From contig NW_024704742.1 of assembly GCF_018977255.1 (NCBI RefSeq), positions 98,706,001-98,770,000 on the forward strand: 64,000 nt of DNA, written 5' to 3'. This document shows positions 40,501-49,770 of this stretch, piece after piece; the stretch's first letter is position 1, and every line of letters starts with the position of its first letter. The DNA is from Callorhinchus milii (Eukaryota). A program made the position numbers and the translations under genes. The notes below the pieces were generated by a model. The model saw only the letters and a list, made by a program, of their open reading frames with translations, ran no database searches and had not been told where the DNA came from.

Positions 40501-43500
40501 TTGAAGGTAATCGTGGTGTAAAGGCGTTGCAGTTTGATCAAGTTTTCAACAGCTCGGCATCACAAGAAGAAATCTTCAGTGATACAAGCAGGTACAGTGG
40601 GAGCAACACAGAGAACTAGACTTGCATTTGTATAAACCTGGTAATAGAAAGATGTGGGTTGAATGAGACAAACAGATTTCTGTAACATTCACCTGGAGTT
40701 TTTTCACTCCAAACTTTCTTAAAAGTTTTGTTGTAGCTATAAAACCACAAGCTTGTGGCCACATAGCAGTCTGTAGATAGAGTGATATAGTTAAGGATAT
40801 CCACTCAGGCAGTTCTGACTCTCTCCACAAGCTGCTTACTGTGTAGAGCTCTCACTGCTTTCTCATTTCTATTACTGCAATAGAGGACCTTTTTTAAAAA
40901 AAGCTCATCTCAGTTGTGAATGATGTGAATATTATTCAAGCTTGTTTGTGATTGTTACGTTTTTTTTTGCTGAGGATACTGTCAGAATGTTCAAAACCAC
41001 ATGGCAGAGGTAAGTTCCACATGGGTCTAGGTTTACTCTAAACTGTTTTCTATATTATTTTAAGAATGACAGAAAATTGCCATCAAAGTCATGACTGAAT
41101 TTGACAATTTTCTAAATTCTTGATGCTCTAAAATCCTAACATAAACAGAGTAAATCGTGACCCAGGTAAAAATGTTATCCCATACAACTACAGACCGCTC
41201 ATCTGGTTATGAAAAATATAAGCTGAAATGGATTTGTCAGGAAAATATTCATTGAAATGTATTGCCTTTTTAGCTGTCTAAATCGACAGCGTTTTTGATA
41301 TTGGTGAACTGAGCACTTCTGGGTCACTGCACATTATCTCATGTTCTGAAATTACATTTCCCGAGGATCACTTTTATCAAGCCGCAATCACAATGTGAAG
41401 GAAATAAAAGGATTTAAGGATACACTTCATTATTTGTAAACTATGCTCTTATTATTATTTGAAATGCTTCCTTCACTAATTGAAGTCATTATTACAAATA
41501 TGCAAATGCTACTCAGGAATCGTGCCATATGTTTGTCATGGTTCAGCATTGTTCTTTCGTTTACAGGGGGGCAGGGATTTTTTCTCACTCAGTTTCTGTT
41601 AAACCTGCAAGCGAAAGCCCTAAGAGGTAGGATGGTTCTAGCTGGATAAGCAGCAGGAAGCTTACCAGGCAGTGTTGGCATTTGAAAATTGCAAGTATCA
41701 GTTGGTTAAATTCCACAAGTAACTTTAATGCCCATGATGGGATCCCAAAGCTTTGGTTCTTGCCATCTCGTACATCCCTACCAACCTGCCCACTCCCTCC
41801 GCTCATCGGGCTCCGGCCTGCTCCATGTCTCCCGCCCGACCCGCCCTACCATCGGTGGTCGGGCTTTCAGCCTCTCTGCCCCCACACTCTGGAACTCCAT
41901 CCCACGGTCCCTTTGCCTCGCTTCCTCCCTTGCCTCCTTCAAGGCCGGTTTCAAGACCCTTCTCTTTGACCGTGCCTTTGGTCTCCCTCCCACCTCTCTG
42001 CCTTCCCTCACCCTTACACCACCCCTCCCCCATGCTCGGGTCGCGACATCTAACTGTTTAGCGCTTTGGGACATCCTCCCGACGTGAGAGGCGCTCTATA
42101 AATGTAATTTTGTTGTTGTTGTTGTAATACTTTCTCGGATTAGGTGAGCAAAGTGCATACCCCTGCGAAGAGAGTGTCCACTCCATTCTAGACCAACAGA
42201 AATGTCCTATGCATATGTGGAACTCTCAAGAATTTGAAGCATCATTGCACTCTGAAGTATCCCCCCAAATAATGAAACTAATATAGCACAATTGTGATCT
42301 TCCCACAGGCTAATACAATCAGCCATGGATGGTTACAATGTGTGCATCTTTGCATATGGTCAAACAGGCTCGGGAAAAACATTCACAATGATTGGAAGCA
42401 AGGAACAGCCCAACCATGGAATAACACCAAGAGCATTTAAAAGAGTATTTGAAATTATAGAAGAGAATCAAACAAAATTCACTTTTAAGGTAAGTTGATA
42501 AAACTATCAGTGGGTCACAATTTAAAATATTACTGTCCAATCTGCGTAATTATCATATGTAAAATGCCGCAAAAAATTCTGAACGTAAACATGTATTGAA
42601 AAATTGTGGTTTCTATCTGTTAGTGTGCAATATATTTCCCCTTCTCCCATTCTGTTTGACTGGAAATTGTTTTGGTTAGTAACTTGTTAAACAGTGATAG
42701 TTTGAACACCTCCTACAGTTTAATCAACTCAAAAGGGAGATCAGGTCTAGAGCATTCCATCTTGTCTGGAACAAGTATTTTGTTGTGAATTCGAGGCACT
42801 TTATCTAAGCATTTGATGACAATGCCCTTTGTTTTCTCTAGGTTTCAGTCTATATGTTGGAGCTATATAATGAACGGCTTTTGGATCTTTTTATAAATCC
42901 CAGTGAAGGTCCCACAGCAAAACTTGAAATAAAGAAAGACAGAAAGGGGTTTGTACATGTCCAGGGGGCAGAAATAATGGATGTCACTAGTGCTGAAATG
43001 CTCTGTGCATTATTTGAGCAATGCTCTGCGAATCGTCACACTGCAGCAACAAGTAAGATCTTCATCATAGAAACACTTCATTCATTATCAACCTGACTCA
43101 GTAGGTAGCACTCTCACCTCTGAGTCAGAAGGATTTTGAGTTCAAGCCTCATGTCGGGATTTTGAACTCAAATCGTCTTGGTTGTCACTCCAGTGCTGGG
43201 GGATGTTACACTGTTTTGTCAGATGAGACTTTAAACTCAGGTCACACCTACTTTTTCAAGTGGATGTTAAAGATCGTATTGTTCTACTTGAAAAGAGAAT
43301 GGAGTTTCTCCTGGTGCAGTGGCCAACAATCCCCCGGATAAAATTGGTCATTCACTTCATGGCTGTTTGTGGAACATTGCCGTGTGCAAATTGGCTATTG
43401 TGTTCACTTACAAAATACAGTCACTACATTTTACAGTAAAAGCCTTTAAAAGTGTTTTAAAATGCTCCCCCAGACGAGAAAGGCACTGCACTAAATGCAA

Positions 43501-46500
43501 GTAGAATTTGTATTATTATAAATTCCACCTATTTTTCGAAGTAATGAAACTAAATTGCACGTAATGCATTTGTGCCTTCCTAATGGCCTGCACGCTATGG
43601 ATAAAGCATTTTAAATATCTCCTGTTCTATGCTTGTTCTGTTTCATTACTCGTGTTGTTGGCATGTGTGCATCTCCAGTAAATTTGGTGTCCAGCCAGCA
43701 GAGTAAAGCTCTTTGAGGCGTCCTCCCAACGTAAAGGTACTATGTACAGGAATATGAAGATTCCACAGTGTGGTGCCTATTAATTGACAAAAGTGTTTTC
43801 TATTTGTGTGTGCCTGTTGCTAGCAGGTAACAGTCTAATTTTCTTCCCTACACCCCATCCACACGTGGATATATAAATGCTACAATTTTACATTAAAAAA
43901 AATGACTGCATTAAAAGTCGAAAACATAATGGTGGTCAGAAAGTTGGGAACCAGTGCTTAGGAAGGGAGTGCTACCACTAATGGCCATTTAGTGTATTAC
44001 ATTATATTTAGTGTGAATCTTCTGTTCAGTTCACACTAAACATCACAAAGCATTTATTTCCTCTACTGGATGTATCTTGAATATTCTGGAAGGCTGAAAT
44101 AAATTGGCTGAAATCAGAATTATGTATTAACATTTTTTTTAAAATAAATAAATAGTAATAATTTGGTCGTGTAACAATCCGTGATCGTTTGTGGGACACT
44201 GCTGTGCGCAATTGGTTGCCGCGTTTGGCTCACAAAGTATACATTCAATTCACTCCACTGTATATTCTGTGAAGAGCTTTGAGACATCTCGAAGACATGA
44301 TAAAGCGCTATATCAAATGCAAGAATTATTAGTATTATATCAATCTTCTGTGATCTTGATATTCATTCAGACAACAACAATTGAAGCTGCATGGTTCAGC
44401 AAGCACATAACATCAATTCATTCCTGTAAGACTGTCATCCTTTTTTTTTCAGAAATGAACACCGAAAGTTCCCGTTCTCACTTAATCATTGGCGTGATTA
44501 TTGAGAGCACAAATCTCACCAATGGATCTGTAACTCATGGGAAACTCAGCCTGGTTGATTTAGCAGGAAGTGAGAGAGCATCGAAAACAGGGGCGGAGGA
44601 TGGGCAACTGAAGGTCATTCTTATTTGCAGTTTAGTTCTTTGCAAATTGGTATTTGTCCTGTTTTGAAACACAGCGAATTCTCAGTTCTCACTCTGATCT
44701 GTAAAAAGGGGCAATTTTGTAAAATTACTGTATGGTTCAGTGCTAGTTAATGTGTTTCTTTCTGATTCTATGTGGCTTTATATGTAGCCACCCTGCAGGC
44801 TTTAAACCAGGCTATTTCTATCTAATAAAGTTCACAATCCTTGAATCCCAAATAGAACAGGATTTATTTAATGGTATGTGTATGTGGGTGGGTGTTGAGA
44901 CAGGAATGCATATTTATATTGTTTATATCTACTACCAGTTACTAATGTGACTTATTTTATGTACAGGGTGAATCTGAAGTCCTTACTCAGAGTTTTCAAT
45001 TATTAATCATATATTGTAAAAGACAACATTGGTAGAGAGTGTGCAACTAATCCAGGAGATGTCTTTCATCGCATTCGTGAAAGTTTTTGTGACTGAGTTG
45101 ATGTCTACATGGCATGCATTTTAACATCTAACATCTCATATTGATCTAGGAGTAAAGACTTTGGTTTCACAATGTACAAACAGTACTGCAGACGCAATGT
45201 GACATCTGCTGGAAAGTGGATTTACATTTGCTGCTCCAAATTGCAGGCGCGGGGAGCTGAGCAGAGCTTAGAAACTGTTGCAGTGATAAGAACAACCCAT
45301 CCACTGCTATTAGTAAAGAAAAATGTTACTCCATGAAATGGTTGCAACCTTATCCTCAAGTCATGTATGTTCATTCATAATATTCTTATAAATTATTTGG
45401 GGAGGACAAGTTTGCAGGGCTATGGGGAGAGAGCGAGGGAGTGGGATTGATTTGGATAGCTCTTTTCAAAGAGCCGGCACAGACACGATGAGCCGAATGG
45501 CCTCCTGTATAATTCTATGATTCTATGATTCATCTAACTCTGCTATTCTGGGAAGTGGGCACTTCTTCACCTCCACGATCCAAATCACTACAGTGTGGCT
45601 GGTGTGGAAAATGGAATATAATGCATTCAGTAAAAAGGTGCTCTTCCAAAGTTTGGACAGGGTACAAGGAGCTTTACTTTGCATCTCGTCATTGCTTTAA
45701 CAGACCTGGGATTGCTTGATTCCAACATTGATTGGCAATTCCCACCTTGCCTTTAATGATTGCAAAGGATGGATGTTACTATTGATTTTGTTTCAGTGGA
45801 ACTAAGGAAAAAAATGCAGGGTTCTTTGAGGAATATTTACCTGAATCCTTTTATCTTCGGAGAATCACAGGAAGCTAATTGCATCAACAAATCCCTGTGT
45901 TGCCTGGGCGACGTCATCTCAGCTCTGTCGGCGGAACAGTCCTTTATTCCTTACCGGAACAACAAGCTGACACTGCTGATGCAGGATTCCTTGGGTGGAA
46001 ATTCCAAAACGCTCATGTTCGTGAACATTTCCCCAGCAGATTACAATGCTGAGGAAAGCACCAGCTCACTGATGTAAGTTCCTAACTTAAAACTTGATTG
46101 CAAGATAACGTTTTACAAGAGGGTAAAAATTACAACCACTTTATCACAATGATTCAACCTGAAACTGCCTTGCATTAGACTGCTGGTTGGGAAAATATTG
46201 GTTATTTTATAATAAATATAAGATAAAAAAGTGTTCATGTCTTTAACAATATACACATATAATTTACAGCTATGCATCACGTGTTAAATCAATAACAAAT
46301 AATGCACAGAAAAATTCAGAGACTAAGGAGATAGCCCGACTCAAGCAGGTAATGGAGACCTTTTGTTTACTTTAGACAGTTTAGAAATAAAATTGATCAT
46401 TCACTTCATGACTGTTTGTGGGACATTTCTGTGCACAAATTGGCTACTGTGAATGGCACAAAATTCACAGTATATCATGTGGATTACTTTTGAGACAACC

Positions 46501-49302
46501 AGTTGATGTGAAAGGCACTACAATAAACCCCTGGCTTACCAGACTCCGAGTATCTAGAATTCGTACCTAGACGGGTCAGGACTGAAACTAAAATATTAAA
46601 AAAGCAATGTAGACTCCCAGCAGCCACTCTTAGCTTATTTGCTATGTTCTGCTCATGGGATTCAAACAATTACAATACAGATGCCAGCATTTACCAGAAT
46701 TTTTTGGCACTGAAAAAGCCAGAGTTGAAAAAAGTCGGTAAACGCCAGTACTGGCATTGTAATGATACTTAGCTGGAAACTCCAGTTTATCAGACTGATC
46801 TCCCGCCCACTATACCAGACAGCCAAGATTTTAGTGTATATCAAATACAAGGTTTTTTGAAAACTGTTCTCAAGAGACACAGGACAGAACATTCTCATTT
46901 TGTGCTTGTATTGAAGCTGAGGGTTTGAGGGTCAATCAGGACTGAGACAAACGGAGAACATGCTTAGACTGTAAGTCCTGTATCTTACAGTTCTGTAGCT
47001 CAGTGGTTAGAGCACTTGCCTTGCAAACGAGAGACCTGGGTTTGATTCCTGGCAGGGCAAAACCCTGGGCAAGTTTCCTTACTACACACACCTGATAATA
47101 ATCCCTCAAGAAAAAAACCCAATAATAAATTGGTCACTTCAATCCACGATTGTTTGTGGGACACTGCTGTCCACAATTTGCTGCCGTGTTTCACTCACAA
47201 ATATACAGTCAATTCACTTTATAATATATCCTGTGAAGCGCTTTGAGATGGCTAGAAGACATGAAAAGCACAATATCGAATGCAAGGATTATTATTTTTA
47301 TAACATTCATTCACATTTATGCCACTAGGTGGCATTTCTGACATAATAACTAATGTACTTGCATTTACTATGGCTCTTTACACAGTATGCTACTTTAACT
47401 GTTATGACTGTTGCTATGTGGGCAAACCTGTGCCCACAAACAACAAAGAAAAAAATGCCCAAATAATCTAGTTTTTTAAATGAATTTGGAAAAAGGTGTA
47501 ATATTTGCCAAGATACCCAAAATCATCCCTGCATAACTTCAGTGTCCACCAGAGTCACCAAAACAAGCAAAGGGGACATTAGTTTTAGTAGCAATTAGAA
47601 AAATGAAAATCTAATCTTATTAAAATAATCAAAGTTGTTTCCTTTCCCTTCTGAAAGTGTCACCTTTCGCTAATATTTGCATGATAACCTTCTAGTACAT
47701 CACGCAAATGACCATTCTTCATGTCTGAGCCTAGACATTCAGCATTGACAAGCTATTCAAATGTGGGAGACATCGCAGATGAGTCCCATCCTGTCCTCAT
47801 CCAATGCCTACACATCCGGATTTTCCAGGAGGAATCATCCACATTCACGGTTCTGTCATTGCCTGGTTTCATTCGTACCTATCCCAGTGTCTCCATTTCA
47901 TATCGGCCAATGGCTTCTCCTCACTCCCCGCAGCGTCCGTGCGGTATTCCTCAGTGTTTTATCTTTGGTCCTCTCCTCTTTCATATCTACAAGCTCGCTC
48001 TCGGCGATGTCATCCACAGGCATGAAGTTAAATTCCACATGTATGCAGATGACACCCAACTCTATGCCTCCACCCTCGATTCCAGGACCATTGCTATTCT
48101 GACTGATTACCCGTCAGACATCAAGTCCTAGATGAGAGCCAACTTTCAGCAAGACATGTCAAGAAGGTCAGGAAGGCAGAGGCTCTCCTGCTTGGCTTCC
48201 ATTACTGCCTTCTGCCTTCTCACCTCAGGTGCTGATAAAATCACCATCCATGGATGCACTCTACATCTCACTGAGCTAGTGCAGAACAATGGTGTTTTGT
48301 TCGATTCTCAATTGTCCTTACAACCCACATACATGCCTTAACCTACTCAGCTTTTCCCCATCTCTTAATTCGTACCAAAACTCCTGCTTCGTCAGCTCGG
48401 CAGACACTGGCCTGCTTCACGTTTCCCACTTTGCGCTCCCCATCATTGTGGTCGGGCCTTCAGCCTTTTTACTTCCACTCACTGGAACGCCATTCCAGAG
48501 TCCCTTCGCTTTGCCCATTCCTTTACTTACTTCAAAGTCCACCTCAAGATCTTCCTCTTTGACCATATCTTCAGTCATCTTTCTGCCCCCAATCCCTCCG
48601 GAAACCAATCTCCAAGTCGGGTGCAAACCCTCGACTGTCCAGCTCTTTGGGACCGCCTCTTGACATGAAAGGCATTATATAAGTGCAATCTGTTGTTGTT
48701 GGATAGTAATCAGATGAAGAAATCTTGGATGATTTGTTTGTTTTACAGTAACACACTGTATATTGAGTTTAGATGATAGTATGGACAATGAAATAGATTA
48801 GCATACAGGATAAATAGAGATGAAGATCTACATGTAAGAAATTAATAGTAATATTGTCTCTTAGGCCCAATTGAATGTTTAATAATATTAATGCTGCATT
48901 GGATGTAGCATTTTATAATGTAGATGCAAAGTCTCAAGGCATTTCACAGGATTTACTGTAAAGTGCTGGGAATGTGTATGTGTAGGCAAATATCTTGAGG
49001 TATTACCTGAGAAGAATGGGTGTTTGGTAAAATACAGTCATAAGGAAATCAGCAACAAACAAACCTCTTCTGCATTATTCACCAGATGGCTAGCAAACAT
49101 CTGTTTATTATTGGCTTGACATTGCAGGTCTCAAATTCACAACCACAAAGCTTGCCGATCTGTCTAACTGAACAATTGTGTGTTTTGAAGTTTTATTTTT
49201 TACAGGTGTGGACTTCATTCATGTTTTCTTTTGCAGATTATTTTGAAACTTAAATCTGGAGAACCAGTAGAGGAGATAACAGGACTGCTGCCCCAATTTT
49301 GA
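4578..49302 (+). CDS. Kinesin-14 gene of the KCBP (kinesin-like calmodulin-binding protein) / kinesin-C type: coiled-coil stalk, C-terminal motor, putative calmodulin-binding tail; about 33 exons, with the 5' exons apparently degenerate
   Basis: Motor motifs [20 protein letters not shown] (P-loop), NTESSRSH (switch I), LVDLAGSE (switch II) and [24 protein letters not shown]. The neck [17 protein letters not shown] and the post-motor [39 protein letters not shown] follow the KCBP layout. GT-AG exons are phase-consistent from 13256 to TGA 49300-49302. The first in-frame ATG after the lesions is at 15565. Confidence 0.85.
5550..6452 (+). mobile_element. Two tandem Deu-domain SINEs (SacSINE1/AmnSINE1-like)
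   Basis: GTGCTGCATTGTC-GGATGAGAC-TTAAACC-GATGTTAAA-CCATGG Deu-domain blocks with a tRNA-like head and L2-type tail. Confidence 0.7.
7121..7499 (-). mobile_element. tRNA-derived SINE, long variant
   Basis: GGAGTCCTGTA head and TATCAAATGCAAGGATTATTATT tail on the - strand. Confidence 0.85.
8938..9930 (-). mobile_element. L2 LINE 3' fragments, degenerate, with a DeuSINE piece inside
   Basis: Similar to the L2 ends at 19432 and 31134; RT-region remnants at 9600-9900. Confidence 0.65.
11993..12130. mobile_element. Penelope-like element terminal fragment with inverted partial copy
   Basis: ACTCAGCAGGTCAGGCAGCATCT...GACCCTTCATCAGAACTG motif, which I recall as typical of chondrichthyan Penelope-like repeats. 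Confidence 0.55.
12300..12680 (-). mobile_element. Deu-domain SINE, degenerate
   Basis: Reverse-complement Deu blocks (GTCTCATCC, GGGACTTGAAC). Confidence 0.6.
13256..13361 (+). CDS. Kinesin gene exon segment ([35 protein letters not shown])
   Basis: Open frame after TAG 13253-13255; phase-1 donor G|gtgaat matches the next exon. May now be untranslated. Confidence 0.5.
13914..14021 (+). CDS. Kinesin gene exon, 108 nt, phase 1-1
   Basis: ctacag| (D)[35 protein letters not shown] |gtaaga. Confidence 0.55.
14775..15250 (-). mobile_element. CR1 LINE 3' fragment with a short L2/SINE tail inserted at ~15010-15078
   Basis: ORF 15050-15307 reads [20 protein letters not shown]...[10 protein letters not shown]. 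Confidence 0.85.
15476..15670 (+). CDS. Kinesin gene exon, 195 nt, phase 1-1
   Basis: tttatttgcag| [10 protein letters not shown]...DIDDMS |gtcaga; lies within ORF 15454-15726. Confidence 0.6.
16347..16466 (+). CDS. Kinesin gene exon, 120 nt, phase 1-1
   Basis: ttttatcttag| [39 protein letters not shown] |gtatgt. Confidence 0.65.
16560..16925 (-). mobile_element. CR1 LINE 3' fragment
   Basis: Reverse complement gives [17 protein letters not shown] and [13 protein letters not shown] motifs. Confidence 0.75.
17842..17957 (+). CDS. Kinesin gene exon
   Basis: ccaaag| [11 protein letters not shown]...[14 protein letters not shown] |gtaact; phase 1-0. Confidence 0.65.
19200..19396 (+). mobile_element. 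Ty3/Gypsy integrase core relic
   Basis: [10 protein letters not shown]...[14 protein letters not shown] resembles the integrase motif PxxxxSDNG...TSSPxYPQSNG. Confidence 0.7.
19428..20064 (-). mobile_element. Young L2 LINE 3' end
   Basis: [11 protein letters not shown]...[12 protein letters not shown]...[13 protein letters not shown] with a (TTG)n tail. Confidence 0.9.
20070..20407 (-). mobile_element. tRNA-derived SINE, long variant; its tail is split by the L2 insertion (remainder at 19401-19427)
   Basis: Head GGAGTCCTGTAG at 20407; body matches the other copies. Confidence 0.85.
21186..21618 (+). mobile_element. Young L2 LINE 3' end
   Basis: Near-identical to the reverse complement of 19428-19900; (TTG)n tail. 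Confidence 0.9.
22272..22364 (+). CDS. Kinesin gene exon (start of coiled coil)
   Basis: ttttcccag| [31 protein letters not shown] |gtactc. Confidence 0.75.
22803..23103 (+). mobile_element. tRNA-derived SINE, short variant
   Basis: B-box GGTTCAATTCC, family body and (TTA)n tail. Confidence 0.85.
23151..23318 (+). repeat. Tandem duplication, 2 x 84 bp, 1 mismatch
   Basis: 23151-23234 versus 23235-23318. Confidence 0.95.
23389..23523 (+). CDS. Kinesin gene exon (coiled coil)
   Basis: actttag| [30 protein letters not shown]...WEEMIE |gtaaga. Confidence 0.8.
24405..24497 (+). CDS. Kinesin gene exon (coiled coil), 93 nt, phase 0-0
   Basis: ttatag| [31 protein letters not shown] |gtaaaa. Confidence 0.75.
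24640..24834. mobile_element. hAT/Charlie-like MITE
   Basis: Terminal inverted repeats CAGAGTGTTCCAAC...GTTGGACCACCCTG; ATCTAA on both flanks. Confidence 0.6.
25113..25650 (-). repeat. Unclassified interspersed repeat, copy 2
   Basis: Reverse complement aligns by eye to 37980-38546. Confidence 0.7.
25909..25960 (+). CDS. Kinesin gene exon
   Basis: ttttacag| [18 protein letters not shown]|gtaagt; phase 0-1. Confidence 0.75.
26934..27133 (+). CDS. Kinesin gene exon
   Basis: ccctag| (A)[18 protein letters not shown]...QEESTK |gtaaat; phase 1-0. Confidence 0.75.
28231..28276 (+). CDS. Probable small kinesin gene exon
   Basis: cttcag| [16 protein letters not shown]|gtgagt; phase 0-1 fits the acceptor at 29020. 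Confidence 0.5.
28513..28967 (+). mobile_element. tRNA-derived SINE, long variant with duplicated tail
   Basis: Two successive TTCTGTGAAGCGCTTTG...CAAATGCAA.GATT tails. Confidence 0.85.
29021..29316 (+). CDS. Kinesin gene exon (coiled coil); alternative acceptor at 29043
   Basis: ...[26 protein letters not shown]...LLKKLLEK |gtgaac. Confidence 0.75.
29650..29938 (+). mobile_element. Young tRNA-derived SINE
   Basis: Near-identical to 49771-50092 apart from a head deletion. Confidence 0.9.
30566..30723 (+). CDS. Kinesin gene exon
   Basis: ttattccag| [22 protein letters not shown]...TNSS AG|gtacaa; phase 0-2. Confidence 0.75.
31134..31905 (-). mobile_element. L2 LINE 3' fragment
   Basis: [10 protein letters not shown]...HLRNIARLR...[17 protein letters not shown]. 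Confidence 0.9.
32481..32632 (+). CDS. Kinesin gene exon
   Basis: ttttgcag| [26 protein letters not shown]...PRST G|gtcagt; phase 2-1. Confidence 0.7.
32984..33490 (-). mobile_element. RTE-clade LINE 3' fragment inserted in an L2-type tail
   Basis: The - strand reads [28 protein letters not shown]...[14 protein letters not shown], like RTE TKLRIY..VLLYGSETW..FH.RCLRRILGI.W; (AGT)n tail. Confidence 0.8.
33895..34280 (+). mobile_element. L2 LINE 3' end
   Basis: GCCTTCAGCCTCTC...TGGAACTCCATCCC block and tail stem-loop. Confidence 0.85.
34384..34481 (+). CDS. Kinesin gene exon
   Basis: atgacag| (G)[20 protein letters not shown]...NGQ |gttaga; phase 1-0. Confidence 0.6.
35058..35150 (+). CDS. 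Kinesin gene exon (coiled coil)
   Basis: gtaaaag| [31 protein letters not shown] |gtaagg. Confidence 0.7.
35455..35731 (+). mobile_element. 5'-truncated SINE, long variant
   Basis: Body and tail match 39512-39890. Confidence 0.8.
36226..36333 (+). CDS. Kinesin gene exon
   Basis: aattag| [36 protein letters not shown] |gtaggt. Confidence 0.7.
37470..38546 (+). repeat. Unclassified interspersed repeat, longest copy
   Basis: 3' half shared with three other copies; GC-richer 5' extension. Confidence 0.65.
39134..39236 (+). CDS. Kinesin-14 neck exon
   Basis: (K)[34 protein letters not shown]|gtagga; tandem GAG/AAG acceptor, so the exon starts at 39134 or 39137. Confidence 0.9.
39512..39891 (+). 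mobile_element. tRNA-derived SINE, long variant
   Basis: A/B boxes, central TGTTTACCTAGCAG block, tail. Confidence 0.85.
40399..40591 (+). CDS. Kinesin motor exon (beta1)
   Basis: gtgcag| [16 protein letters not shown]...[21 protein letters not shown]|gtacag. Confidence 0.95.
41770..42125 (+). mobile_element. L2 3' end nested in unclassified repeat copy 4 (41570-41765 plus 42126-42230)
   Basis: L2 block with (TTG)n tail; the host repeat resumes at TAATACTTTCTCGGATTAGG. Confidence 0.85.
42309..42489 (+). CDS. Kinesin motor exon (P-loop)
   Basis: ccacag| [29 protein letters not shown]...GITPRAF...FTFK |gtaagt; not in the ORF track. Confidence 0.95.
42842..43052 (+). CDS. Kinesin motor exon
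   Basis: ctctag| [17 protein letters not shown]...[16 protein letters not shown]...NRHTAAT A|gtaaga. Confidence 0.95.
43095..43505 (+). mobile_element. Deu-domain SINE, near full length
   Basis: tRNA-like head, Deu blocks, L2-type tail. Confidence 0.75.
44453..44613 (+). CDS. Kinesin motor exon (switch I/II)
   Basis: ttttcag| [12 protein letters not shown]...[25 protein letters not shown] |gtcatt. Confidence 0.95.
44964..45174. mobile_element. Tc1/mariner-type MITE
   Basis: TA|CAGGGTGAATCTGAAGTCCTTACTC ... GAGTAAAGACTTTGGTTTCACAATG|TA; imperfect TIRs with a TA target duplication. Confidence 0.6.
45871..46073 (+). CDS. Kinesin motor exon (alpha4-beta8)
   Basis: tcacag| [19 protein letters not shown]...[30 protein letters not shown]...SSL AT|gtaagt. 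Confidence 0.95.
46270..46348 (+). CDS. Kinesin alpha6, neck mimic and start of the CaM-binding-like helix
   Basis: ttacag| [26 protein letters not shown] |gtaatg. Confidence 0.9.
46993..47297 (+). mobile_element. tRNA-derived SINE, short variant
   Basis: TAGCTCAGTGG A-box, family body and tail. Confidence 0.9.
47730..48700 (+). mobile_element. L2 LINE fragment including the RT active-site region
   Basis: [13 protein letters not shown]...[11 protein letters not shown], with internal deletions and a 3' tail. Confidence 0.85.
49237..49302 (+). CDS. Kinesin terminal coding exon
   Basis: ttttgcag| [21 protein letters not shown] completes the basic amphipathic helix followed by an acidic patch. 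Confidence 0.8.
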   Translation: MILKLKSGEPVEEITGLLPQF

Positions 49303-49770
49303 ATGAACTGTAAGCAACATTGCTAATCCTAGCAAACACTAAGTAATTCATCCTTACATCGGATATAGTATCTTTTGTGTCAGGAGGATACAATACAATG
49401 CATTACAAATTTATATTTATATAGCGTCTTTCATGTCCGGAGGACATTCCAAGGTGCTTGACAGTCTTGGCTTGGCATCCGAGCTGAAGGTGGAAGTTGA
49501 AGGATGTGGGGAAAAATGACCGAAGGCATGGTTGAAAAGGAGGGTCTAAACACAGACCTTGAAATAGGTGAAGTAGGGGATGAATCAGATGGACTCCAGG
49601 AAAGAGTTCTAAATAGAGGAGGCAGATAGGCTGAAAGCCCAATGGTGGGGCGAGTAGATGGAGGATGAAGCAGGTTAATGCTCGCTGAGGATATCTCAAG
49701 GAGATTCACAGGATATGTTGCAAAGTTTCGTGACTGTATATTCTAGGCGAATGTAGCAATCAATTTACAT

